DNA of 64,000 nucleotides from an uncultured beta proteobacterium (GCA_963752495.1 CAVVYJ010000002.1:250910-314909), one strand, 5' to 3'; positions 9,716 to 19,689 are shown, counted from the stretch's first letter. The notes: generated from the sequence alone by a model not told the origin. A program made the numbers and translations.

Positions 9716-10498
9716 ATGCAGACATTTCAGCAAAAAACTTTGGAAGAGAATCAGGTTTTATTACAAACTCGGCTTGAATCCATTAGCCAAGCTGCGCAGG
9801 AGGCTGTGACCAAGGAAATACAGGCTTTTCAAGAGCAGACCATTGCACTTCATCAGGCGCAATTAAATGAATCTCTGACTGGCTTGCAGCAGTCTATCAG
9901 TCAAGACTCGAAACAAAGGTTGCAGACAGAGCTCGAGGCAATCCAGCAAATAGCCATTGGTGAGCATCAAGCCCAGCTTACCCAATCTTTGAATAGCCTG
10001 TTACAGGTTTCAGGTGAAGGAGCAGAGCGAGAGTTGATGGATAAAATGCACGATTTCCAAGAGAAATTGCAAACCAATCATCGCGCGCAGCTAGAGCAGG
10101 CAACCGAGATAGCGCTACAGTCAATCAAAGACCGTATAGAAGAAAGCACTCAGGAGCAAGTAGGTATTATGGACGCGCAGGTAGGCTCAATTCAACAAGA
10201 AACCCTTGCGCAATTGCGTGAAACTTTTAATGAAGAAAAAACTGAAATCTTTAATGCAGCTGCAGCAGAAATAAAAACAGCATTTACAGAGCAAATGGCG
10301 GCCAAAGGCATGGAAGTGCGCGAGCACTTTTTAACGCTTGTTAACGGAGATTTGCCTTCGGTACAAGAGGTGTTGAAAGAAAACATACAGCAGATACTTG
10401 AATCTGCAATTCCGGAACTAGAAGAAAGTCTACGGGTGAAGCTAGTGGCCGAACTCAATCAGCTATTACTAAAAGTAAAATTTGTGTTACCAGATTAA
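9716..10498 (+). CDS. hypothetical Gln/Glu/Leu-rich coiled-coil protein with internal repeats
   Basis: The frame is open from 9614, with the first ATG at 9716 and no clear SD. It carries repeated ..HQAQL(N/T)(E/Q)SL.. / ..HRAQLEQA.. units. No homologue is recognised from memory. Confidence 0.5.
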   Translation: MQTFQQKTLEENQVLLQTRLESISQAAQEAVTKEIQAFQEQTIALHQAQLNESLTGLQQSISQDSKQRLQTELEAIQQIAIGEHQAQLTQSLNSLLQVSGEGAERELMDKMHDFQEKLQTNHRAQLEQATEIALQSIKDRIEESTQEQVGIMDAQVGSIQQETLAQLRETFNEEKTEIFNAAAAEIKTAFTEQMAAKGMEVREHFLTLVNGDLPSVQEVLKENIQQILESAIPELEESLRVKLVAELNQLLLKVKFVLPD

Positions 10499-10882
10499 TC
10501 AGTTTTCATTCACTAGCTTTGCATAAGCTTCAGCCGTTAGAAAATGCTCTGTATCGTTAGCATCTGTGGGGTTAAATTTAAAAATCCATGCCTCATATGG
10601 TTTATCATTTATACCTTCGGGAGCGCCCAGTAATTCATTATTTATTTCAGTGACGCTACCATTCATCGGCGCATGTAAATCTGAGCCTGTTTTTACAGAT
10701 TCAACTATTCCGCAAGGTTTGCCGTTAATAAGGGTATCACCCACTTTAGGCGGTTCTATGTATACAATATCGCCTAGTAAATCTTGTGCATAATCGGTTA
10801 TGCCTGCAAGCCAGTTTCCATTTGCATCCTGGCGTGCCCATAAATGCTCGGAGGTATAGTGATATTGTTGTGGGAATTTCAT
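10499..10882 (-). CDS. gcvH: glycine cleavage system H protein-like lipoyl carrier
   Basis: MKFPQQYHYTSEHLWAR... with the lipoyl-lysine motif VESVKT. The ATG at 10882 is preferred over the upstream TTG at 10897. Confidence 0.85.
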   Translation of the reverse strand: MKFPQQYHYTSEHLWARQDANGNWLAGITDYAQDLLGDIVYIEPPKVGDTLINGKPCGIVESVKTGSDLHAPMNGSVTEINNELLGAPEGINDKPYEAWIFKFNPTDANDTEHFLTAEAYAKLVNEN

Positions 10883-11059
10883 TTTGTGACTCGGCAATGG
10901 TTATGATGGATATTTTCTCATAAAGTTAGTTTAAGTGTAGCAAAAACGCACAATTTTAATTTAATGTTAATATTTCTTTTATAAGTATCGGCTAACTTGT
11001 TGACATATAAATAGTTTATAATTAGCATTGATTACGAACATATCTGATTTAGGGATTGC

Positions 11060-12097
11060 TTGGTGAATAATTTTTTTAAAAAAATCGTACTGCTTTCAGT
11101 AGCATTGAGTCTGATTGCTTTGCCTTATGAAGTGCTGGCGGCAAAAAAGTCACATAAACGCGTCTATACGTCACAGAAAAAACACTATATAAAAGTGTCA
11201 GCACGCACACGTGCAAAAATGCGCGCGCAGCAATTGCATATACAAAGACAGAACGCAATTGACCTTGGTGAGTATTATGATGGAAGTGGTGTTTTGCAAT
11301 TAGCTTCCAGCAAAGCTCTGATTATCAATCAAAATACAGGTGAAGTAGTCTACGCGAAAAATACCAACTCACCCAGCCCGATTGCTTCAATCACAAAACT
11401 CATGACTGCAATGGTGATGTTAGATGCCAAGCAATCATTGGACGAATCGATTTACGTGACTGATCAGGATGTGGATTATGTAAAAGGTACGAGTTCAAGG
11501 TTGCCAGTGGGTGCTAGCTTAAGTCGTACCGATATGTTGCAGCTTGCGCTAATGGCATCCGAAAATCGTGCAGCATCGGCACTTGCCAGCAATTATCCTG
11601 GAGGTCAGTCTGCGTTTGTTAGAGCCATGAATGCAAAAGCGCAGTTGCTAGGCTTAACTAATACGCACTTTGTTGACCCTACTGGCTTAGAGAGCGAAAA
11701 TGTTTCAACAGCTGAAGACTTAGCGAAGATGGTACAGGCTGCTTACCAATATCCTGAAATTCGATTTGCGACCACAAGCCCATCGCACGAGGTGCATATT
11801 GGCGCACGTGAATATCCAGTTAACTTTAATAACACCAACGGCCTAGTACGTGCCGGTGAATGGGAAATTGGCTTATCAAAAACCGGATATATTTCAGAAG
11901 CGGGGCGCTGTTTGGTGATGCAGGCTAAGCTCGTAGGTGAACCTATGATTATCGTGCTACTTGATTCTAGTGGAAAATTAACCCGAATTGGCGATGCGAA
12001 TCGCATCCGCAAATGGATGGAACACAATAGCACGACGACAACTGGCCAAACCAACACCAATGAGCCTACCTTGGTGATGGCAGAAAAAATATCTTAA
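11060..12097 (+). CDS. D-alanyl-D-alanine endopeptidase/carboxypeptidase (peptidase S11, PBP7-like)
   Basis: Signal peptide plus the SxxK (ASITKLM), SxN (ASENRA) and KTG (LSKTGY) motifs. Confidence 0.85.
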   Translation: MVNNFFKKIVLLSVALSLIALPYEVLAAKKSHKRVYTSQKKHYIKVSARTRAKMRAQQLHIQRQNAIDLGEYYDGSGVLQLASSKALIINQNTGEVVYAKNTNSPSPIASITKLMTAMVMLDAKQSLDESIYVTDQDVDYVKGTSSRLPVGASLSRTDMLQLALMASENRAASALASNYPGGQSAFVRAMNAKAQLLGLTNTHFVDPTGLESENVSTAEDLAKMVQAAYQYPEIRFATTSPSHEVHIGAREYPVNFNNTNGLVRAGEWEIGLSKTGYISEAGRCLVMQAKLVGEPMIIVLLDSSGKLTRIGDANRIRKWMEHNSTTTTGQTNTNEPTLVMAEKIS

Positions 12098-12111
12098 TTT
12101 ACTAGACAATT

Positions 12112-12154
12112 AAAAATGCGGGCTGACATTTTATAGGTGTCAGCCCGTTTTTTT
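12112..12154. terminator. bidirectional intrinsic terminator between convergent genes
   Basis: Stem gggctgaca / tgtcagccc (9 bp), flanked by aaaaa upstream and tttttt downstream. Confidence 0.8.
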
Positions 12155-12155
12155 C

Positions 12156-14675
12156 CTATTTTTTAGTTTTTGCTTTTTTCGCTGCTGGTTTTTTAGAGGT
12201 GGTTTTTTTAGCAAATGATTTTTTGGCGGGTGTCCCTTTAGCTTCTTTTTCTGTCAGCAATGCAAGCGCTTCCTCTAGTGTTAGCTCTTCTGGAGCAACA
12301 CTTTTTGGCAAGGTCGCGCGAATCTTCGCATGTTGAACATAAGGCCCATAGCGTCCAGCATAAACTTCTACACGACCTTCACCACTTGGATGCGCCCCCA
12401 AATCGGCTATAGGCGCTGGGCCTGTGTTGGCGGCGGCTAGTAACGCAACGGCGCCTGCGTTATCAATGCTAAAAACGCTTTCAGATTTTGGAATCGATTT
12501 AAACTTTCCATCGTGGTTCACATATGGCCCAAAGCGTCCAATATTGGCGACTATTTTTTTACCGGTTTCTGGATGCTGCCCCAAATCGCGAGGTAATGAG
12601 AGCAGCATGTGCGCAATATCAATATTGACATTAGCTAATGGTATTTCTTTAGGAATGCTGACACGTTTAGGCTTCTTTTTGTCGCCTTCAACGGCCAATC
12701 CAACTTGTAAATACGGACCATAGGGGCCGTTCATTAAGTAGATTTCTTTGTCTGTTGACTCGTCTTTGCCAATCACAACTGGATCGCTGCCTGCCTGCGC
12801 AGCGCCGTTCATGCTACGTTTGTAATCGCATTTTGGTTCTGCGTTGTAGCCCGTGCAACCAATAAAGCTGCCATATCGGCTCAACTGTTTTTGCAGAGGT
12901 CTTCCACATTTTGGGCAAGCTTCGTCAATGAGTTCGTTGCCAGGTCGGTCAACATCGGCTTTGCTAATGATTTGCTGATTGAATCCCTGCCAGAATTCAT
13001 CCATGAGCGGAACCCAATCACGTTCACCGCTGGCAACATTATCTAATGCATCCTCTAGCTTCGCAGTAAAGTCGTAATCTACGTAGCGCGTAAAATGCTC
13101 AGTCAAAAATTTATTGACTACTCGACCAACATCCGTTGGGGTAAAGCGCTTTTTGTCGAGCAATGTATATTCGCGGTCTTGTAGCGTGCTGATAATGCTG
13201 GCATAGGTAGATGGTCGCCCAATGCCATACTCTTCCAGCGTTTTAACTAGACTTGCTTCAGAGTATCGCGGTGGCGGCTCCGTAAAGTGTTGCTCACCAT
13301 AAATCTTTTCTACATCCAACACTTCACCAGTTTCCAGATGTGGAAGTTTCGCTTCTGCATCTTCGTCAGCGCCATCAGTGTCTTCTTTATAAACGGCAAT
13401 AAAGCCCGGAAACACGAGCGTTTGCCCAGTGGCTCGGAATAAATTGCCTTCCGACCCCACGCTTAAATCAACACTCACGGCATCAAATTTTGCAGGGGAC
13501 ATTTGACATGCAACGCTTCGTTTCCAAATCATCTCGTAGAGTTTAAACTGTTCGTCATTCAGATATTGGCGAAGCTTTGCAGGCGCACGGAATATGTCTG
13601 TTGGGCGAATCGCCTCATGCGCTTCTTGCGCATTTTTGGCTTTGGTTTTGTACATGATTGGTGATTTTGGCAGATAGTCCGCATCGAAGTTTTTCTTCAC
13701 ATAATCGCGAATTTGCATCACCGCCTCGGTTGCGAGGCTAAACGAATCGGTACGCATATAGGTGATCAAGCCAACAGTGCCGCTACCTACATCAATACCT
13801 TCGTATAATTGTTGTGCCACGCGCATGGCGCGCGACGTTGTAAAACCAAGCTTGCGCACAGCTTCTTGTTGCAGTGTGGATGTGGTGAACGGCGCTGCAG
13901 GGCTGCGGTTACGCTGCTTTTTCTCTACGCGTGAGACGGTTGTTTTGCCGGCGCTGGCAAGCAGTAGTTTACCTACAACATCTGCTTGCTGGTCGTGATT
14001 GATTACGCTGAACTGTTCAACTTTTTCGCCGTTCAGCTGAATTAGCTTAGCGCTAAAGCTGCTTTTATGTTTCAGCGCATCAAGGTGAATGCTCCAGTAT
14101 TCCTGACTATTAAACGCTTCAATCTCTTGCTCACGCTCTACAATGAGGCGCAGTGCGGGGCTTTGTACACGGCCTGCAGAAAGTCCGCGGCGAATTTTTT
14201 TCCACAATAAGGGCGATAAGTTGAAGCCGACCAAATAATCCAGCGCACGTCGAGCCTGTTGTGCATTAACCAAATTCATCGCGATGTCGCGCGGGTGTTC
14301 AATCGCATATTTAACGGCGGTCTGAGTAATCTCATTAAACTCTACACGTTTTAAGAGTTTATTTTTTAGTAGTTTTTTCTCGGCAAGAATCTCTGCAATA
14401 TGCCAGGAAATTGCCTCGCCCTCGCGGTCCGGGTCGGTTGCTAGATAAATAGCATCTGCAGCTTTAACAGCTTTTGCAATGGCATCCACATGTTTGCTGT
14501 TACGCTCAATAATGTCGTATTTCATGGCAAACTTGTTAGCAGGATCTACTGCGCCGTTTTTGGGAATCAGGTCACGTACATGACCATAGGAAGCTAACAC
14601 TTCAAAGTCATTTCCCAAGTATTTTTTGAGTGTTTTGGCTTTGGAAGGGGATTCTACAATGAGTAATTTTGACAT
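12156..14675 (-). CDS. topA: DNA topoisomerase I
   Basis: 839 aa. N-terminal Toprim domain (MSKLLIVESPSKAKT), the active-site region GLITYMRTDS, C-terminal zinc-ribbon repeats and a Lys-rich tail. Confidence 0.95.
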   Translation of the reverse strand: MSKLLIVESPSKAKTLKKYLGNDFEVLASYGHVRDLIPKNGAVDPANKFAMKYDIIERNSKHVDAIAKAVKAADAIYLATDPDREGEAISWHIAEILAEKKLLKNKLLKRVEFNEITQTAVKYAIEHPRDIAMNLVNAQQARRALDYLVGFNLSPLLWKKIRRGLSAGRVQSPALRLIVEREQEIEAFNSQEYWSIHLDALKHKSSFSAKLIQLNGEKVEQFSVINHDQQADVVGKLLLASAGKTTVSRVEKKQRNRSPAAPFTTSTLQQEAVRKLGFTTSRAMRVAQQLYEGIDVGSGTVGLITYMRTDSFSLATEAVMQIRDYVKKNFDADYLPKSPIMYKTKAKNAQEAHEAIRPTDIFRAPAKLRQYLNDEQFKLYEMIWKRSVACQMSPAKFDAVSVDLSVGSEGNLFRATGQTLVFPGFIAVYKEDTDGADEDAEAKLPHLETGEVLDVEKIYGEQHFTEPPPRYSEASLVKTLEEYGIGRPSTYASIISTLQDREYTLLDKKRFTPTDVGRVVNKFLTEHFTRYVDYDFTAKLEDALDNVASGERDWVPLMDEFWQGFNQQIISKADVDRPGNELIDEACPKCGRPLQKQLSRYGSFIGCTGYNAEPKCDYKRSMNGAAQAGSDPVVIGKDESTDKEIYLMNGPYGPYLQVGLAVEGDKKKPKRVSIPKEIPLANVNIDIAHMLLSLPRDLGQHPETGKKIVANIGRFGPYVNHDGKFKSIPKSESVFSIDNAGAVALLAAANTGPAPIADLGAHPSGEGRVEVYAGRYGPYVQHAKIRATLPKSVAPEELTLEEALALLTEKEAKGTPAKKSFAKKTTSKKPAAKKAKTKK

Positions 14676-14770
14676 TAATAGCGCTAAAGTTAGGGAGAGT
14701 TAATTAACGGATTGGTTAGATGATAACAAGCTAATGCACCAATACACAATATGAAAAAAATAAATTGATG

Positions 14771-15674
14771 TTAATTGCGTGTAAATTCAATACGTTTTCC
14801 TTCGCTATTTGCAATGCTCAACGCCTCGCCTTCGTTGGCGATATCGCCAAACAGCGGGTCTTCATCATTTGAGTTTGCTTGACTTAAACTTTTAAAGTCA
14901 TATAAATCAAAATCTGCCAGATGTGAGGGCTCTACATTGGTAGTGGCGCGGAAGATATTATTAATGCGGCCAGGCTGTTCGCGCTCCCATGCATTGAGCA
15001 TGTCTTTGATTTTTTGTCTTTGCAGATTTTCCTGAGAACCACACAAATCACAAGGGATAATCGGGAACGCCATTTGTCGCGCGTAACTACTTATATCTTT
15101 TTCACTGCAATACGCAAGTGGGCGAATCACAATGTTCTGCTTGTCGTTTGTAGCCAATTTTGGCGGCATGGCTTTAAGTTTTGCACCAAAAAACATATTT
15201 AAAAATAAGCGTTTCTACAATGTCGTCACGATGATGCCCAAGTGCTATTTTGTTGGCGCCCAGCTCTTTTGCCGTAGTGTAAATAATGCCACGTCGCAGC
15301 CTGGAACATAGACTGCAAGTCGTTTTGCCTTCAGGAATTTTTTCTTTGACTACCGAATAAGTGTCGGCCTCCACAATCCGGTAATCAACACCTAACTTTT
15401 CGAAATAAGCAGGCAAAATATCTGCAGGAAATCCCGGTTGCTTTTGATCCAAATTCATCGCAATCAGTTTAAAGTTTATCGGTGCACGCTCTTGTAGTGC
15501 TAGTAGTATCATCAGTAGTGTATGGCTATCTTTGCCACCGCTCATGCACACAAGCACAGTGTCGCCCTCTTCAATCATGTTGTAATCGCCAATGGCTTTA
15601 CCTGTAGAGGTAATCAGGCTGTTACGCAAGCGGATGAAGTTGCTGGAAGGGTTGTCGGGTAAGTGTTTAATCAT
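14771..15674 (-). pseudogene. ttcA: tRNA 2-thiocytidine(32) synthetase TtcA, frame broken by an apparent 1-nt insertion (plus-strand T at 15206)
   Basis: The upstream ORF has the PP-loop SGGKDS and ends [20 protein letters not shown]. The downstream ORF begins [14 protein letters not shown]. Removing one base after CTT restores the conserved [20 protein letters not shown]. Confidence 0.88.
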
Positions 15675-16432
15675 AAATTTAGAGAGCGTCCACCATCTAC
15701 GGCAAGTATATGGCCAGTGACAAAGGGTGCATCTGCCACCAAAAATTTTACCGCCTTAGCTACATCGTTGGCTTCACCCACGCGTTTTAGTAGGGTTTGC
15801 GAGATGACACGCTGGCGATACACTTCATCGAATTGTGGATTATTTTCTGGCCAAAGTACTGGCCCTGGCGCAACAGCGTTCACCCGCACTTCCGGCGAGA
15901 GCTCTTGTGCGAGCGATTTTGTAAGTGTTACCAGACCTGCTTTTGCCACGCTATAAACAACGTAGCCTTTTTTTGGCCGCTCTATATGCATATCGGTGAT
16001 ATTGATAATAACGCCATGGTTTTTACGCAATTCTGTGGCGGCGGCTTGCGCTAAAAACATCGGTGCTTTTAGGTTGCTACCCATTAAGTCGTGCCAATTT
16101 TCTTCATTAATGGTGCCAATTTCAGTCGGAGTGTAAGACGAGGCGTTATTAATCAGTACATCCAGTTTGCCAAAATGCTCGATTGTTTTATTCACAAGCC
16201 CCGGCAACGCCTCCAAATTGAGCAAGTCACCCTGAATAATTGCCACGGAGTTAGCGCGCTTCAGGTTAAGATCAGCCTTCAAGGCGCGCGCCTCTTCGAT
16301 TGATCGATTGTAATGAATCATCAATAAGGCGCCGTTTGCATGCAGCTCGCGGCAAATTGCCGCGCCAACTCGCTTTGCCCCGCCAGTAATCAATACAACT
16401 TTATTATCTAAGCTTAAATCCATTTCTCTCAT
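15671..16432 (-). CDS. short-chain dehydrogenase/reductase, pteridine reductase-like
   Basis: TGGAKRVG Rossmann motif and the catalytic YSVAK. The start at MREMDLSL is chosen over the long upstream extension. Its stop overlaps the ttcA start (ATGA). Confidence 0.75.
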   Translation of the reverse strand: MREMDLSLDNKVVLITGGAKRVGAAICRELHANGALLMIHYNRSIEEARALKADLNLKRANSVAIIQGDLLNLEALPGLVNKTIEHFGKLDVLINNASSYTPTEIGTINEENWHDLMGSNLKAPMFLAQAAATELRKNHGVIINITDMHIERPKKGYVVYSVAKAGLVTLTKSLAQELSPEVRVNAVAPGPVLWPENNPQFDEVYRQRVISQTLLKRVGEANDVAKAVKFLVADAPFVTGHILAVDGGRSLNL

Positions 16433-16451
16433 CCCAATATTATAATGGCTT

Positions 16452-17612
16452 ATGTCTGCATTACCTATTCCATCAGCCGAATTGCAAGCGCACAGCCAAT
16501 TGCTTTCTAAGCACATAGCGCATGCGATTATGCAGGCGGGCGCTTGGATTTCATTTGCTGACTTTATGCACATGGCGCTTTATACGCCAGGCATAGGTTA
16601 TTACAGCGGCGGCTTGCAAAAGTTCGCGGATAATAAAAATGGCGCGGGAGATTTTGTTACAGCGCCAGAAATTTCCCCGTTGTTTGCGCAAAGTATTGCG
16701 CGTCAAGCTTCACAGATATTGGCAGTATGCCAAGGTGATATTTTAGAGCTTGGCGCTGGTACTGGTAAATTGGCTGCAGATTTGTTGCTGGAACTAGAAG
16801 CATTGCATGCACTGCCAGAGCATTATTATATTCTAGATGTGAGTGATTACTTACGGCAAGTTCAGCATGAAACGCTAAAAGAGGAATTACCTGATGCGCT
16901 ATTTAAGCGCGTGGTTTGGCTCAAAGACTTACCCAATAATTTTACTGGTGTGATACTGGCAAATGAGGTGTTAGATGCGCTTCCGGTAAATATTTTATAC
17001 AAAAACGAGGGCAAACTGTTTGAGCGTGGCGTGGCTTTTGAAGGTGAATTTGTGTGGCAAGATAAACCTTTAGCAAATAATGAGATAGACGAGGAGGCTT
17101 ATGGATACTGCCTTCCAGACGACTATCTAACTGAATTTTGCCCTTCAGCAAAAGGACTGATTGCTAGCTTGGCTACAGCGTTAGATACAGGTGCGATTTT
17201 GTTGATTGATTATGGCTTTCCGGCGCGCGAATACTATCACCCGCAACGCATCCAAGGCACGCTTATGTGCCATTTTCAGCATTACGCGCACGACAATCCA
17301 TTGATCAATGTAGGGTTGCAAGATATCACCGCGCACGTGAATTTTACAAAAATCGCAGAAGTCGGACAAGCGCATGGAATAAGCCTTGCAGGCTATGCTA
17401 ATCAGGCACAGTTTTTAATCAATTGCGGTATCTTGGATATCTTGGCACAGCACTCACCAGACTCACCACAGTTTATGCAACTCGCCGCCGCGGCACAAAA
17501 GTTACTTTCACCGGCTGAAATGGGCGATCTGTTTAAGGTGATGGCGTTTACCAAAAAGTTTGATGCGCCATTGCTGGGCTTCTCAAATGGCGATAAGTCG
17601 CACACACTCTAG
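16452..17612 (+). CDS. class I SAM-dependent methyltransferase, MidA/DUF185 family
   Basis: 386 aa with FVTAPEIS, ILELGAGTG and ANEVLDALP motifs typical of the MidA/NDUFAF7-like family. Confidence 0.75.
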   Translation: MSALPIPSAELQAHSQLLSKHIAHAIMQAGAWISFADFMHMALYTPGIGYYSGGLQKFADNKNGAGDFVTAPEISPLFAQSIARQASQILAVCQGDILELGAGTGKLAADLLLELEALHALPEHYYILDVSDYLRQVQHETLKEELPDALFKRVVWLKDLPNNFTGVILANEVLDALPVNILYKNEGKLFERGVAFEGEFVWQDKPLANNEIDEEAYGYCLPDDYLTEFCPSAKGLIASLATALDTGAILLIDYGFPAREYYHPQRIQGTLMCHFQHYAHDNPLINVGLQDITAHVNFTKIAEVGQAHGISLAGYANQAQFLINCGILDILAQHSPDSPQFMQLAAAAQKLLSPAEMGDLFKVMAFTKKFDAPLLGFSNGDKSHTL

Positions 17613-17618
17613 CGTATA

Positions 17619-18326
17619 ATGCGCGCCATGATTGAAATAGAAGAGAACTCAAACCCGCAGCATCGACGTATTCGCAGCTTTGTGCTGCGCCAGGGGCGCT
17701 TAACCAAAGGTCAGGAGCGCGCCTTAGAAACCGGCTGGCCACAGTTTGGTATTGATTATTCAGAGAACTTGCTCGATTTAAATCATGTGTTTGAAAGAAA
17801 TGACAGCAATAAAGTCCTCGAAATCGGCTTTGGCATGGGTGAAAGTACGGCCAAAATCGCACAAACTTTACCTCATTGTGATTTTTTAGCGGTTGAGGTA
17901 CACACGCCGGGTGTTGGCAGTCTGCTTAAGATGATTCAAGAGCAAGCGCTTACTAACATCCGTATTGTTCAGCATGACGTGGTAGAAGTTTTACAGCATA
18001 TGATTGCCGATAAAAGCTTAGATGGCGTGCATATTTTTTTCCCAGACCCTTGGCATAAAAAGCGTCATCACAAGCGGAGACTGATTCAAGCCGAGTTTTT
18101 AAAATTGATGTGCAGCAAGCTAAAAACTGGTGCATACATTCATGTAGCGACCGATTGGCAGGAATACGCAGAGTGGGTTTTGGAAGTGTTGCAAGCCGAA
18201 CCAGAGCTTAAGAATACCGCAAAAAATTACGCAGAAAAACCAAGTTATCGCCCGCTGACAAAATTTGAAAACCGAGGTATTAAGCTAGGTCACGGCGTTT
18301 GGGATCTGGTTTTTTTAAGGCAATAG
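17619..18326 (+). CDS. trmB: tRNA (guanine-N7)-methyltransferase
   Basis: 235 aa with LEIGFGMG, FFPDPWHKKRHHKRR and ENRG motifs. Confidence 0.9.
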   Translation: MRAMIEIEENSNPQHRRIRSFVLRQGRLTKGQERALETGWPQFGIDYSENLLDLNHVFERNDSNKVLEIGFGMGESTAKIAQTLPHCDFLAVEVHTPGVGSLLKMIQEQALTNIRIVQHDVVEVLQHMIADKSLDGVHIFFPDPWHKKRHHKRRLIQAEFLKLMCSKLKTGAYIHVATDWQEYAEWVLEVLQAEPELKNTAKNYAEKPSYRPLTKFENRGIKLGHGVWDLVFLRQ

Positions 18327-18329
18327 GCT

Positions 18330-19241
18330 TCAAGAAAAAAGCTCTGAGCGCGCCGATTGGCTAATCGCCAGTACGGCTGGGTGGCTGAGTTTTCTTTCTA
18401 CAGAAATTGCATAAAAGCTTTTAATAACGTCTTTGGTTTCACCTAGCGAAATCACTTTAAACTGTTCGCAAACTTGTTGTGTAATCGCCGTTGGTGCAAC
18501 AAATATGCCTGCGCTCGCTTGTCCGAAAGCTTTCATCAAAGCGCCATCATCAAATTCACCTACTATATTTGGCTGTATTTTTTTATTTTCAAACCATCGC
18601 ATTAGTGCTGGACGAATTGCGTCTTCGCTTCCAGGCAACAACATGGGTGCGTTATTTAAGCATTGTGGAAAATGATTACTGTTTTGCAGTTTGATTTGTT
18701 CAGCTAAACCTTCTGTCGCAAAAAAAGTTAAACCGCATTCACCTAATAAGTGATTAAATGCGCGCACATTGACAGAATGCGGCATTGGGCAATCTGCAAT
18801 CACTATATCGAGTCGATGCACTGCTAGTTCGCCTAGCAGATTAGTTACATTGCCCTCGCGACAAATAATGCGTAACGTATCGTTGGAGCGCATTGCTGGT
18901 TCAATTAATCGATAGGCAACAGTTTTTGGTACCGAATCACTTACGCCTACTCTGAACTGGGTGGGGCGGTCGCTATTGGGTTGCTTAAGCGTTTCTTCCA
19001 GTTCTTTGCCCAAAGAAAATATCTCATCTGCATAACTTAATACCAGTTTGCCTTTTTCGGTGAGCTCCAATCGTTTGCCAATTCGATTAAATAAAGGATC
19101 ACCTAGTATGTTTTCAAACAAAGTGAGCTGGCCGCTAATAGTTTGTGGGGTAAGGAAGAGACGCTCACTGGCGAGTGTAATACTGCCTGCTTTTGCAACC
19201 GCCCAAAAGTAATGCAGATGTTTGTAGTTAATGGTTGACAT
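18330..19241 (-). CDS. LysR-family transcriptional regulator, NhaR-like
   Basis: 303 aa. The N-terminal HTH INYKHLHYFWAVAKAGSITLASERLFLTPQTISGQL closely resembles NhaR. Confidence 0.8.
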   Translation of the reverse strand: MSTINYKHLHYFWAVAKAGSITLASERLFLTPQTISGQLTLFENILGDPLFNRIGKRLELTEKGKLVLSYADEIFSLGKELEETLKQPNSDRPTQFRVGVSDSVPKTVAYRLIEPAMRSNDTLRIICREGNVTNLLGELAVHRLDIVIADCPMPHSVNVRAFNHLLGECGLTFFATEGLAEQIKLQNSNHFPQCLNNAPMLLPGSEDAIRPALMRWFENKKIQPNIVGEFDDGALMKAFGQASAGIFVAPTAITQQVCEQFKVISLGETKDVIKSFYAISVERKLSHPAVLAISQSARSELFS

Positions 19242-19250
19242 GTGAGTATG

Positions 19251-19287
19251 TTCGAATAATTCGAATATAAAGTCAATTATATTCGAA
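19251..19287. promoter_or_regulatory. candidate LysR-type operator: TTCGAAT-A-ATTCGAA palindrome plus a third TTCGAA
   Basis: A perfect 7-1-7 palindrome at 19251..19265 sits 10 nt from the LysR start codon. Another TTCGAA lies at 19282..19287. All are in the divergent intergenic region. Confidence 0.45.
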
Positions 19288-19350
19288 TTTTATTGCGATA
19301 AAGTTTAGCGTATATTGCAAATGTTTTCCATGTAACTCAATAGGAGATTG

Positions 19351-19689
19351 ATGATGCAAACAATTATTTATACACGTGGTTTTGTGCTAACTCAAGCATT
19401 AAGAAATTACACAAACAAGCGATTAGCTTATGCGGTTAGTTATTTTTCAGATAGGCACATAGAGCGTATTACAGTACGCTTGTCGGATATTAATGGACCA
19501 AGAGGCGGCGAAGATAAACTTTGTCAGCTAGTGCTTAAAATCAAAGGTATGCCCAGCGTAATAATAGAGGATATTGAGAGTAATCTTTACACGGCCATAG
19601 ATAGGGCAGTTGATCGCGCAAGTAGGGCGCTAGTCAGATTGTTGAAGCGTAAACACATGTACCAGCTACCAGAAATTAATTATAGTTAG
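19351..19689 (+). CDS. HPF/RaiA-family ribosome-associated protein-like
   Basis: About 112 aa with a family-like pattern: IYTRGFVLTQALRNYTNKRL...LYTAIDRAVDRASRAL. RBS taggaga is upstream. Confidence 0.6.
   Translation: MMQTIIYTRGFVLTQALRNYTNKRLAYAVSYFSDRHIERITVRLSDINGPRGGEDKLCQLVLKIKGMPSVIIEDIESNLYTAIDRAVDRASRALVRLLKRKHMYQLPEINYS

Noticed and set aside
11000-11022. TTGACA and TATAAT hexamers upstream of the PBP7-like gene.
   Set aside because: They are separated by only 11 nt, so they cannot act together as a -35/-10 pair. No alternative -35 has acceptable spacing.
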